Origin: Callorhinchus milii
Taxonomy: Eukaryota
DNA: 64,000 nt
NCBI RefSeq assembly: GCF_018977255.1
Contig: NW_024704743.1
Coordinates: 58,840,001 to 58,904,000, forward strand
Direction: 5' to 3'
Part shown: positions 38,455 to 49,950 of the stretch, one piece after another
Position numbering within the stretch: position 1 is the stretch's first letter
How the letters are laid out: each line of letters begins with the position of its first letter
The notes under the pieces: generated by a model
What the model saw: the letters and a program-made list of their open reading frames with translations, nothing else
The model's database searches: none
Told to the model about the DNA's origin: nothing
Made by a program: the position numbers and the translations under genes

Positions 38455-38658
38455 CTGCCATTTTGCAGCACAGTAGAGTCAGCACCAAGTACACACAGTT
38501 CACTGAGTCATGGCTTGTCACGTTTCTGGTAGCAGATGTACTTTTATTTCTGGGAGAAGAGTAGAAAGGTGCATTGCTGACCTGCTGAGATAGCTGATAT
38601 GACAACTTGTTTCACATCTGGCTTCTGGTGCTGACTTTATTGTGCTGCAAAATGGCAG
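38455..38658. repeat. 33-bp inverted repeat pair (MITE-like or RNA stem)
   Basis: ctgccattttgcagcacagtagagtcagcacca (38455-38487) versus tggtgctgactttattgtgctgcaaaatggcag (38626-38658), with 2 mismatches. Confidence 0.85.
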
Positions 38659-39009
38659 AATTGTGGATTGTCAGATTTCCACTGATGTCATTTCTTGTGA
38701 GTTTACCCACAGGAAGCATCATTGATGTTTCTCCTTAGGCATTGCATCCATGTGTACTATACACAGGAATTTTTACTGATATTGCTTCCCTTGCAAAGGG
38801 AACACACAGCAACACTTCCTGTGCATAAAACACAGTCGCTACACTTTCTTATGGATCCTGTAAAGTGCTTTGAGATATCCTTCAGGCGTGAAAGAGCCTG
38901 TATTAAATAAAAGGATTATTATTGTGACATTGGATACATGCTGACAATATGAAGATCTGGGTCTTGTCTTCAATTAAATTTGGGAGATTAGCAGAGTCTA
39001 CTTGGAGCT

Positions 39010-39855
39010 GAACAGGCTCGATCGGCTCGCGCCAGCACCTCTGCACCTCAGGCTCTGGCAGCATCAACCTCCATGGTTGCACACTTCAACTCACCAACTC
39101 ACCAGCCAGTTAGGAACCCAGGTGTCTTGTTCGACCCTCAACTGTCTTTTCTTCCCCACATCCAAGCCATGACCCGCTCTGCCTTCCCTCACCCCCGTAA
39201 CATCGCCCAACTCCGCCACTACCTCACCCCTCAGGCCGCTGAAACTCTTGTTCATGTCTTCATCACATCCAGGCTCGACTATGCAAATGCCCTGCTTGTC
39301 GGCCTTCCCAACTCCTCCCTTCACAGGCTGCAGATAATCCAGAACTCTGCAGCCCGTGTCCTCTCCCGCACCAAACTCCATAACCCCTTCTCCCCCATTC
39401 TCGCCCGATTCCATTGGTTCCCTATCCTTCAGAGGATCCAGTTCAAAATCCTGGACCTCATCTGCAAAGCCCTCCATGGTCTCGCCCCACCCTACCTCTA
39501 TGACCTCCTAACCCCCTCCAACCCGCCCGCTCCCTCCGCTCAGCCAGGTACGGCCTGCTCCACGTCCCCCGACCCACCCGCCCCATCATTGACGGGAGAG
39601 CCTTCAGCCACTCTGCCCCCAACCTCTGGACCTTCTTCCCCCAATCACTCCGCCTCGCCCCCTCCTTAGCCTCCTTCAAGTCCCGCCTCAAAACCCTCCT
39701 CTTCGACCATGCCATCGGTCACCCCCCTTCCCCTCCCCTCCCTTCTTCCTGCTGATCCCAGCTCGGGTCTGAAATGCTGTACACTGTCCAGCGCCTTGGG
39801 ATGTCCTCCCGACGTGAAAGGCTCTATACAAATGTGACCTTGTTGTTGTTGTTGA
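39010..39855 (+). mobile_element. 5'-truncated L2 LINE
   Basis: ORF 39073-39669 closely similar to 3500-4265; (TTG)n tail. Confidence 0.92.
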
Positions 39856-40482
39856 CAAAGGAATGTCAGAATAAAATTAAATCGCTGTGATGACCTTGGT
39901 AGTCCAGTTTCTGAGCCAGGTGAGTCCGCAGTACTTGAGGACACTGCTGATGATAGTCCAGCCAGCCTGACTGATCAGTCGGACTTGAAGGGCTCTGAGA
40001 CGCAGTCTGGCATGAAGGGCGCTATATAAATGTGTTGTTGTTGTTGAGGGTCAGACCAGTCACTGGGGCAGGGATTCTTCCCAATCAGTTAAAATAAATA
40101 GGAGAATGGAATTATTGTGCTGTTACCAAATCATGGTAGTGATGCTTAAATTGTAAATGCAGATTGGGTTCCTGCGACAATAGGCTGACTGAATATGATT
40201 AAATTCTTTCTGTACAGATCTTGGCGAGTATAATTATTCTGTCAGGGTAACATTTTAAGTTATGTTAATTATACTAAATTTAAATATGCAAAGTCAATTA
40301 AAAATAGACATTCCTCTGTAATTCCAGAGTGTCAAATTTATCTCTTCTAATCTGGAATTTATCTCTTCAAAACTGGGATTATTTAGTGAAAACCTTAATT
40401 TTTGATCAGTTTAAAGGAGTTGTATATGATCATTGGTACAATTCATCAGATTTTTCTGAACTTTTTCTCAATTTATTGATTA

Positions 40483-40998
40483 CCTCAATACCCTCCTCTT
40501 CGACCGTGCTTTCGATCTTCCTGCTTCCATCCCCACTCCCCCACTCCGACCCCCAGCTCGGGTCCATAACTCTGTCTGTCCAGCGCCTGGGGATGTCCTC
40601 CCAACGTGAAAGATGCTTTACAAATGTAATTTTGTTGTTGTTGTACCCAGAATTCAGAGTATATTTTTAAGTATTCCCCGCTTCCTCTGCTAAGCAGCCT
40701 ACAGCTTGCTCCAAGTCCCCCATCCTGCCCAGCCCACCGTTGGCGGTCTGGCATCATCCTTTTTGCCCCCACCCTTTGGAACTCCATCCCACGGTCCCTT
40801 CACCTTGCCTCCTTCAAGACCCTCCTCTTCAACCGCACTTTCGATCACACACACACCTCCACCCACCCATACCCCCTTTGCCCTCCACCCCACCTGATCC
40901 CAATCTGCAGGTGTGTCCAAATCATTGAAGCCTCAGTGCCTTGGGACTTCCTCCAGATGTGAAATGCACTATACAAATGTAATTTGGTATTTGTTTTT
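40483..40998 (+). mobile_element. Two tandem L2 3' fragments (40483-40645 and about 40680-40998)
   Basis: Each ends in a gggatgtcctcccaacgtgaaa-type stem-loop, aaatgtaattt and a T/G-rich tail. Confidence 0.8.
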
Positions 40999-41554
40999 GT
41001 TCTAGGTACTCAATGTTTAAGTATAGAATTCTTGAAGATCATAGTACTGTGCCTCGTGTGTCACCATATGTTAAGCTGTTTGACTTGAGTTTCACAAACC
41101 CGTTGCCCATTTACTATTCACCCAAAGGTTAAAAGATTCATGATTGATACAAAAGGGCCCTTCGTATTCATTTTTTAATAAAACATTTGACGCTGAGTAA
41201 CAGTATACTAAAATAAATATAGTATTTTTAAACCGATTCTTGATCTGCAAATCTATCTTCAATGTTGTCATCACTTCCTGGTGGCTGGTTGCTTTACCCA
41301 GTTCCCTCTGTCGCATGTTCAAGATCACACACTACTCCAGGACCTCGCATTAGCCTTTTACTGGCAAAGTAATATTTATTACTGGTGAGGAATAATTGAT
41401 TAGAGAAGGGAGCCCTGGCCAACAATCCTACCCAGAAACAACCCCTTGCGTTTATATGGTGCCCTTCACACAGGTAGCATCTCAGACTGCTTGAATTTAT
41501 ATTATAATTATAACATGATAATTTTATTATAAATACACATTTATGTTATAAAAT

Positions 41555-41820
41555 TAATCCTTGCATTTGATATAGCATCTTTCATGTTAGGACATCTCGA
41601 AGCCCTTAACAGGATTTACTGTGAATTGTAATGACTATTTTGTAGGTTAATGCAACACTCACATTGCACACAGCAATGTCCCTTGGATATTTGTAGGATC
41701 TTGCTGGTGCAAATGGCTGCTGTTTGGCTACAAAAACACTCAAATAATTTGATCGTAATTGAAGTGCTGTGGGATGTTTTACCATAATAAGACATTGTAA
41801 AAATGCAATTTCATTCTTTT
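41555..41820. mobile_element. Head-to-head pair of old Deu-SINE 3' halves (minus 41555-41682, plus about 41690-41820)
   Basis: ttgcacacagcaatgtccc (reverse core), then ttgtaggatcttgctggtgcaaatggctgc...gaagtgctgtgggatgt...aaatgcaatt. Confidence 0.72.
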
Positions 41821-41824
41821 ATAG

Positions 41825-41928
41825 ACTTTGCAAGGACCTGCGAACAAACTGATAGATGAGCAAACATCACAGGAAGATAATGATGTTCAACGTGAGGTGT
41901 TGAAAGAGACATCTGATAAAGATGATGA
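41825..41928 (+). CDS. ICA1: ICA1 internal coding exon (104 nt, phase 0-2)
   Basis: ttttatag|ACTTTG...GATGA|gtgagt. Translates TLQGPANKLIDEQTSQEDNDVQREVLKETSDKDD(E), cf. mammalian SLQDPMKKLVE; phase fits both neighbouring exons. Confidence 0.88.
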
Positions 41929-44262
41929 GTGAGTATGAATACAATTAATGCCTATAGAAAAAAATGCAGACTTTGGGGGTAGTGTTATTCTGTATGTTTT
42001 CTTGAGAGCTTCTCTTATTGACCCTGCGCATGGATTCCACTTTCTTCCTAAGTTTGCTGTATTCTTGTGATAGTTTGCATGTATGATAGTGTGAAAGTTT
42101 GGGTGATAATTTTTATGTCCTTTTCTTTTACTTTTGCGGTAAACCATCCCTAACTAATAGGATAGGAAGCAGGCTGTTCCCATGTATACAATTCATTGAA
42201 AAATCAAAAGTTTGATTTTAATCCAATTGGATTTTGTTCTTTCTCGGGGTGACGACTATTAAACTTTGCAATACATTTTTTCTTAGAATACTTTACCACA
42301 AATGTAAAATGAATAAAATGTATAAATATGCAAATAAACCAATCTTTATAGCTGGAGACGAGCAAAACATAAAGATATACCTGTAGAAACTATGGGGATT
42401 ATTTTAATCTTGTTCTTAGTCATCTTTGTTAATTTAATCTGAACTAATGATATAATCATTTGCCTAACTAGTGGTTCATTCATCATAATACTCTGTTACA
42501 GCTATTGTGAGTTGGGATTTTTTTTTCCCTTTCTAAATAGAAAACATTAGTTGGTAGAAATAAGATTTTTTTTTAGTAAAGTTTTAAAGGCGTTGAAATA
42601 AACAAAATAAAGTAGTTTTGCCCACAAAATATACAGTCAATTCACTTTACAGTATTCTTCTTATCACGTCTCGAAGATGCAAGGATCATTATTATAAAAT
42701 AAAGTTTCAGCTTGATTCCTGATATGTTTACATCAATGATGAGGCATTGGCAAATTCATAAAGGTTGTTGCTTTACTTCCATCATCGTGAACACATCTTC
42801 CTCGTAAACTTAAAATTGGCTTTTTAAAATAAAGTGAATTTCATTTCTCTTTATTCGAATAACTCTTTTTGGGGGGTTTCTCATTTGCTTTCTGCAGTAT
42901 TTTCTTTAAAACTTATTTTTTAAAATATAATTTCCCTTTCTTCCTCTCCTCGGTTTATCATTTTTTACACGCATTGCTCTTAAACACGCTGGTGTGCAGC
43001 CGGTGGACATGTCCACAGACATAATCATCAGTGCACTATAATCAATCTGCCAGAAAGAATACTTGAGAGATTGGGAAGGAATTGTGGCCTAAACAGCTTT
43101 TTGCTCCCCCTTCCTTCTCATCACCAGACTCAACTCATAAGGGGAGACTGAATGAAAATGTCAGTCAAGATTGGAATTTTCCCTGAATGATCAATACTGT
43201 AGTGATGAAACTACTGGGTCATCCTTTCCGGATTTTGGCTGCTCAAAGCCGATTACATTTAATCTAAATCAAATATTTCTAAAGCGTCCTGGAGCTACAG
43301 CTCCCATTCCTTTGGGAAGCTGTGACTCGGAGCAGATTCTGCATTTCCTGTCTTTGGAGCTAGTGGTGTGTGACAGTTCCTCACAGGCATCAATACGTTC
43401 TCTGTGAAGCCTCTTCTCAGCTTGCTTGAAATGAGGGTTATAAATGAGGGTGTTTTGTTGGCATGCTATAAACATTGACAGGATCTAGTTCATAATATAA
43501 CTGCAACTCTTGGTATAAATGTCCTAATTGATTTATTATTCAATGAGCAAGGTGAGCTTTCAGTGAATACATTTGTAGTACAATGTTCTGTGCAATATTT
43601 ACACTGTCTTGTTTCTTAAACACAATCTTGTGGTGCTTCACATCCCAGTGGCATTTGTTATAATTTGTAATTTGCTGCAGTATAATCTGTCTATATAGCA
43701 ACCTTGCAAATGATCTCCCTGACCTTGCTGCAGTATATGCCTCAATTAATTGAAGCAGTTGTATTCTTGGACTCCAAAATATAGTCACAAATTCTTTATT
43801 GCACAATTTAGACTACTAATGGTAGTATGAAAGCTATAGTTTCTTGGATGTCAGCAGAATGTCCTCCAGTTATCCCTATTGATTCACTGAGAAATTACAT
43901 GGAAGAGTGTCTACTGTGTAATTTCCTTTTTATCATAGTTGTTAAATTAGTTTCAGGATAATTTTTCTTTTCTGGATAATTTCTAAGCAAAGTGACTAAA
44001 GAGCAACCACTTAGTTACAGCTTAACTTGATCAAACAACGTTCTTGTGGTGGCCATTTCTCTCTACCGGAGAGGTTGACTTTTTCAAGAAGGACACTATT
44101 TTCAATGCCAAAGTTGGAAGTGAGTCACAAACTTGTGACTTGACACACATCAGTCGTGCTAAAAGGCAATTTTTTGGCCTTGCAATTACTGCTTAATATC
44201 TGTACTACTGCAGATATTTCATAAATGCCCACAACTTGGTTAAGAATTCAATCATCTTTCAT

Positions 44263-44619
44263 TGGAGTCCTTAGCTCAACGATTAGAGCACTCGCCTCAC
44301 AAGTGAGATACCCAGGTTTGATTCCCAGCAGGGTGAAATTTTGGACAAGTTTCCTTACTCCACACGCCTCTGTTTACCTAGCAGTCAGTAGGAACCCAGC
44401 TGTTAGTCGATTGGCAGATTGTTTTTCCTGGGGTAATAATTCCTTCAAAAAAAATAAATTGGTCACTCAATCCACGGCTGTTAGTGGTACACTGCTGTGT
44501 GGCTTTCGACCCAGTATATACAGTCAATTCACTTTTCAGTATATTCAATATCCATTGAAGCGCTTTCAGACGTCTCAAAGACGTGATAAGGCGCTATATC
44601 AAAGGCAAGTATTATTATT
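44263..44619 (+). mobile_element. SINE, long variant
   Basis: Same organisation as 12501-12855. Confidence 0.9.
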
Positions 44620-44967
44620 GATTGATTTGGACATTTGTATAATCATTCTACTGGAAGTAAACTCTTCTACATTTTGAAAACGTGTTTATTTCTCTAATGC
44701 AGTTTTGAAGGTTATTGACTTGCTGGTTGAAGTAGCTACAACAACAATAAATTACATTGTATAGCGCCTTTCACATTGGGAGGACATCCTAAAGTGCTGG
44801 ACAGACAAGGATATGCACTGTTGACTGTCCGGCGCTTTGGGATGTCCTGGCTGGAGAAATACAGAGCACCCCAACGCTCTTATGAATCTAATGCTCTATG
44901 GAATTATGTAAGCAGGGTGCCTGTTTCCTGTAACAGAGTACTCATCCATTTCAAATGTAGGGAAATT

Positions 44968-45240
44968 CTGAGAGTGTGTGTGTGTGTCCCTCTGAGAGTG
45001 TGTGTGTGTGTCCCTCTGAGAGTGTGTGTGTGTGTCTCTGAGAGTGTGTGGGTGTGTGTCCCTCTGAGAGTGTGTGTGTGTGTGTCTCTGAGAGTGTGTG
45101 GGTGTGTGTCCCTCTGAGAGTGTGTGTGTCTCTCTGTGTGTCTGTGTCTCTCTGTGTATCTGTGAGTATGTGTCTCTCTATGCCTCTGAGTGTGTCTCTC
45201 TGTGTGAGTGGGTGTGTGTCTCTTTCTGTGTCTGTGTGTG
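44968..45240. repeat. Minisatellite, roughly 22-24-bp unit CTGAGAG(TG)nTCCCT, decaying into TG/TC
   Basis: Directly visible tandem units. Confidence 0.93.
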
Positions 45241-45672
45241 ATGGAAGGCCCCAAGAGGCAGGAGGTAGTGACCTCCTGGAGCCTCGCAGTCACATTGGTG
45301 TTTCTCTGCTTTCTCTCCCCCCACCGCACCAGTCCACACAGTTTTTGTTAAAGAAAGCATCAGTAATCTCGATTTCAAGTTTCTTTAAAATATGTACCCA
45401 TGGTGCAGGTCATGCCATTTGTTGTGCTCCAGCAAATTCCATTGTAATAACTAATATTAATAATGCATAACAATTATTTTGCTTCATCAAAGGAACATGC
45501 CATGTAAACAGTGCTAGTCATCGGAAAGTTTAGAGTGTACATAGTTGTCCATGTGACATCTACTCTTCATCTTTTAATTATTCAGTTAGTCAATGTTTTT
45601 ATGGACTAGTTTGTTTTATGTTCTTAACTGAGCATCATTTTGTTATATTAGCTTGTGCACATCATCATCATT

Positions 45673-45994
45673 GTGGAGTCCTGTAGCTCAGTGGTTAGAG
45701 CACTCGCTTTGAAAGTGAGAGACCTGAGTTCAATTCCAGGCAGGTCAGGACGAAACCTTGGGCAAGTTTCCTTACTCCACACAGAGCCTAATAATAATCC
45801 CTCCAAAAACAAAAACAATAATAAATTGGTCATTTTCAATCTACGACTGTTTGTGGGACATTGCTGTGCGCAATTGGCTGCCGCGTTCGCCCACAAATAT
45901 ACAGTCAATTCACTTTACAGTCTATTCTGTGAAGCGCTTTGGGACGTCCTCCCGACGTGAAAAGCGCTATATCAAATGCAAGGATTATTATTAT
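45673..45994 (+). mobile_element. Same SINE, short variant
   Basis: Near-identical to 1076-1398. Confidence 0.92.
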
Positions 45995-47029
45995 CAAAAC
46001 AATTAAACCTAGACTGAAAAAATCCATCAAAAAGCTCTAAAGCACTTGATTCATGTAATCATCATATCCTCAAGAAAGCTTGATTAATTGTGAAGCAAAA
46101 ATAATTAATACTTGTTTCTCTGAGTATTTTGAAAATGTGTGACATAAAATGAATACAAAAGAGCATTTCATAATTTGTGATGCCACACATTCTTTAGTGT
46201 ACAGCATAATATAATTTCCAATAGAAAACCTTCCATGTTGCAACACATTCAGCTCATTGTACTAGCACAAGACGTACTCTGTGATTCCAAAGTTATCAAT
46301 TCACGGACTAAATTCTTTATATAAATTTAGATCTTATTACTGAAGTTCATATCCACTGACTGATTTTCTCTCTTTAGTCCTCACTTGTGAAGTTGGTGAT
46401 GTAATGGGATAAGCTTAGCAAACATGTATTGGTACCTTTCCCCCAAATAGTAATTATTTGGGTCAACATGAACACCTGAGTATTTGGACAAAAGAAAAAT
46501 CTAAACTTTCACCTGGAGATAGCTTCTGGACCTTTGCAGCATTTTTGCAGATAGGTTTGCCTTAATTTCACCCATAGATCCCAACAAAGTCACTCTCTTG
46601 TAATAAGCGGCAGAAAATTCTGGAGACTAGTTAAAACCTGGGATATAAGAACCAAAAGTTTCATTTTTGCTAAGTTAGCTGATCTCAAAAAGGGGAAACA
46701 GTTGGTGCACTACAATTAACCTCAACAGTCCTTGAGCTATGAAGGAGAAAATCAGATTTCAGTACCTCATTCCTACACAGAATCCACTTTGTGGTCCAAT
46801 TTAGGTTAGTCCAAAGGAATATATTTTCAATTTTGTAAATTAATGTTAACAATGTTAAACGTGTGCCACTGCGTATATTATTGGCACCACACTTGTGATA
46901 ACTATGAAAAACATGACTTTTTCCCGCATTTATTTTTAAAAATTGTCAATCATTGAGAGCAGTTGTGAATTGTATGTTTTTATTTAACAGTTCAGTCTAC
47001 CACTGCACAATCTTGTTGTTGTGCTTCAA

Positions 47030-47310
47030 ACTCCACATCCACCTGCGAACACCCATACCCTCACCCACTCTGCTACTGAAATCCTCATTCATGCCTCTTT
47101 CACCTCAGAGATGGACTAATGCTCTCCTTGCTAGCCTCCCACAATCTTCATCTCATCCAAACATCTCCGGCCCTTATTTCATCTTACACCCATTGCTCAC
47201 TCCCATCGTTGCAAGGCTCCATCGGGTCCTAGTATCTCCGGGGAACAACTTTGTTCAATCCTTGTTCTGATTATCAAAACCCTTTCCAATCTCATCCCTC
47301 GTGACCTGTG
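47030..47310 (+). mobile_element. Old decayed L2 fragment
   Basis: actgaaatcctcattcatgcc...atggactaatgctctcc (ETLIHAF..LD..NALL) and gcaaggctccatcgg. Confidence 0.6.
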
Positions 47311-47316
47311 TGATCG

Positions 47317-47317
<1 letters not shown>

Positions 47318-47353
<36 letters not shown>
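47318..47353. repeat. (TG)n microsatellite
   Basis: Pure TG run. Confidence 0.97.
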
Positions 47354-47354
<1 letters not shown>

Positions 47355-48171
47355 AAGTGCGCAGTGTGATGAGATTCTTCTATGGGTTATTTGAACTAAT
47401 TTATCCCAAATGTTCTTTTTGGTGAGGAAGTCTTAGTTTTAAATCTGTCTTCTTCGCTAATTTTGTATTACTCTTTGTGTCCTGATGTAGGATTGGGAAT
47501 TCTGATTCAATCTAGGCTGACACTCCAATGCTATGCTATGGGTACACATTATAGGTGAATGTTAAAGTGCACTATTCAAAAAGAGAGAGGAGTTTCTCCC
47601 AGTGTCCTGGACAACAATCCCTCAAATTGATCACTCACTTCAATGTAAATTGACTGCCTTGTTTGCCTAGAAATGCATGATCACCATACTTCATAGTAAA
47701 AATCCTGTGAAATACTTTGAGATGTTTTGATTAAATGATAAGGCGCTGTATTAAATCAAAGGATTGTTATAATTTCACCTAATATGTTTTAAAATCTGTT
47801 GGTATTAACATTAAGGATTGGGTAAATTTACAATATGCTTATATGTTATAGTTTTGAAATCTCAACTTTAGCACATTATATTGTATACCATAACTTCCAG
47901 TGAATAATGACTAAACTGAATGGAGCACAATTTTTAAATTTAATATTAAGATATGGTGTTTAGTGCTTTTTTTAAAAAAATACTTATTTTAAGTCTGAAA
48001 ATGGATAAATGTCTATAGAAGTGTTAAAATACAATTGCTTGGTTGGCTTTTTGTAGTGTTTTTTGTAAAATATGTGGGGTTTATTCATGCTTTCCCACGA
48101 AAGTCTAATAATTCTATATTTGTCTGAACTAAAGTCTCAAACCACTTTTATAATATTTGTTTCATCCATAG

Positions 48172-48221
48172 GCTTATTTCATTAGAAGAAGACTATGAGA
48201 ATAAAGAACCAAATCGATCAG
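48172..48221 (+). CDS. ICA1: ICA1 internal coding exon (50 nt, phase 2-1)
   Basis: catag|GCTTATT...ATCAG|gtatag. Translates (E)LISLEEDYENKEPNRS, containing the conserved ICA1 LISLEE motif. Confidence 0.88.
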
Positions 48222-48604
48222 GTATAGTTTCATAACTTCAAAAAACACAACTTAAAAATTAAATTTTTAAAACATTGCTGATTCATCCCCTCCCTCCTCA
48301 CTATGAAACAAAACACATTAAAAACATTTTATTGCTTCTACTGTGGATGAAAGTTTCTCAGATAATCATTTACCATCTCTCTGTGTTCTGGGGTTAATTC
48401 CCCTCAACAGCCATATCAGGTTTAGATTACATGGGTTCCCCCCCCCCCACTCCGCCCCCCTTCTAGATCTTGTTCCATTTCTAAAAAAAAATTTAAATAA
48501 TCGCTGCGCTCACCAAACATTGATAAGAGAGATAACAGCAATTACTTGTTTGGAATCAAAACTTTGCACTTGGATGGTTTCATATACTTCTCTACTCCAT
48601 GTAG

Positions 48605-48661
48605 CTGGAAAAGATGCTTTGTCATCTTTGGAGGTGTCCTCAGGCAATCAACATAAAGCAG
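48605..48661 (+). CDS. ICA1: ICA1 internal coding exon (57 nt, phase 1-1)
   Basis: Pyrimidine tract then atgtag|CTGGAAAA...AGCAG|gtaatg. Translates (A)GKDALSSLEVSSGNQHKA, cf. mammalian GKSILSALDKGS. Confidence 0.78.
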
Positions 48662-48777
48662 GTAATGCCATTGTCAATGCATTTATCATAAGGTTTCAAA
48701 CACATTCATTTTCTTTTCGTTGCAAGTGAGCACTTCAAATGAAGAGCTAACCACATTTTAAACCTTTACCCCGTTAG

Positions 48778-48837
48778 AGCCACTAGATGATTTGTTAAAT
48801 TTGAAACAGGAGGAAAAAGCAACATTTTCTCAGAGTG
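48778..48837 (+). CDS. ICA1: ICA1 internal coding exon (60 nt, phase 1-1)
   Basis: Branch-point-like ctaac upstream, ccgttag|AGCCACTA...GAGTG|gtaagt. Translates (E)PLDDLLNLKQEEKATFSQS, cf. mammalian PIDELLDMKSEE. Confidence 0.82.
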
Positions 48838-49144
48838 GTAAGTGTAAAGACACTGCAATACATCACTGATCATATATCTTGCCATTCAATTATCTAATTA
48901 TTGATCAAATAAAAACAATCCAATGGAGATTTGGTTGTCAGTTGACTATATTTAATGGTGTCAGTATGTAGTGCAATCCCATTATAATGTGCTTCTTTAT
49001 GCTGCAAATTTTAAAAAGCAGATGCCGTGTGTACCACATTCACTGCACCTGATCTACTTGCTTGCCATGTACCAGATGGTTTTCACACTAAACGGGCCGA
49101 TTTCTAAGTCAATAGATTGCCACCAATGTCATCTCCAACATAGG

Positions 49145-49950
49145 AGAAATGTAATCTACTTCATATTGGGACAAAAAATCCAGGAAGAAATTATTATTTG
49201 AGCGGAAGGAAAATAATATGTATAGAAAATGAAATGGACCTGGGGGTCCTGATTGACAATAAATTGAAGCTCTCCCAACAATGCTCTGTGGCAGTAACTA
49301 AAAGCAAATCAGCTGTTGGGATGTATCAAAAGATCAAAAGCAAGTCAAAGTAGTGAGGTAATCACTATCGCAACTGTATAAATCATTGGTAAGATCGTAC
49401 TTAGAGTACTGTGTGCAGTTCTGGTCGCCGCAGTACAAAGAGGAAATGGAACAAATCAAGAGGATACAGAGGTGGGCAAGCAGAATGATTGAGGGAATGG
49501 AAGGACTGGACTATGAGGAGTGACTAAGTAAATTGGGCATGTTCACGCTGGAAAAGAAAAGATTGAGAAGCGACATGATTGCTGTCTAAGATTCTAAAGG
49601 GGGTAGACAATATAAATCATAACAGGCTGTTTCAGGCTTGTCCAGAATAATAAAACCAGAGGACACGGCCTGCGATTGAAGGGGGGTAAATTAAGAACAA
49701 ATCTATGGAAACACTATTTCAGTGAGCAAATAGTGAGCCTGTGGAACAGGCTCCCTAGGGAGATGGTTGAAGCAGGAAGTGTTGATTCATTCAAACACAG
49801 ATTAGATAGTTTTCGTTTAGGAAATAACATTATGGGATATAGTACATAGGTAATTCGGGATATATGTGCATGTGAACACGAGGAAGGTGGAAGGCGATCT
49901 AGATGGACCTTTTTCGTTTTTTCGTCTAGCATTTCTTATGTTCTTATGTA
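49145..49950 (+). mobile_element. CR1 LINE 3' fragment, distinct subfamily
   Basis: DLGVLIDNKL, LYKSLVRSYLEYCVQFWSP, LEKKRLRSDMI, LWNRLP; (TTCTTATG)n tail. Confidence 0.9.

Noticed and set aside
44968..45130. Regularly spaced repeats as a CRISPR-like array
   Set aside because: A eukaryotic minisatellite with no unique spacers and no cas genes.
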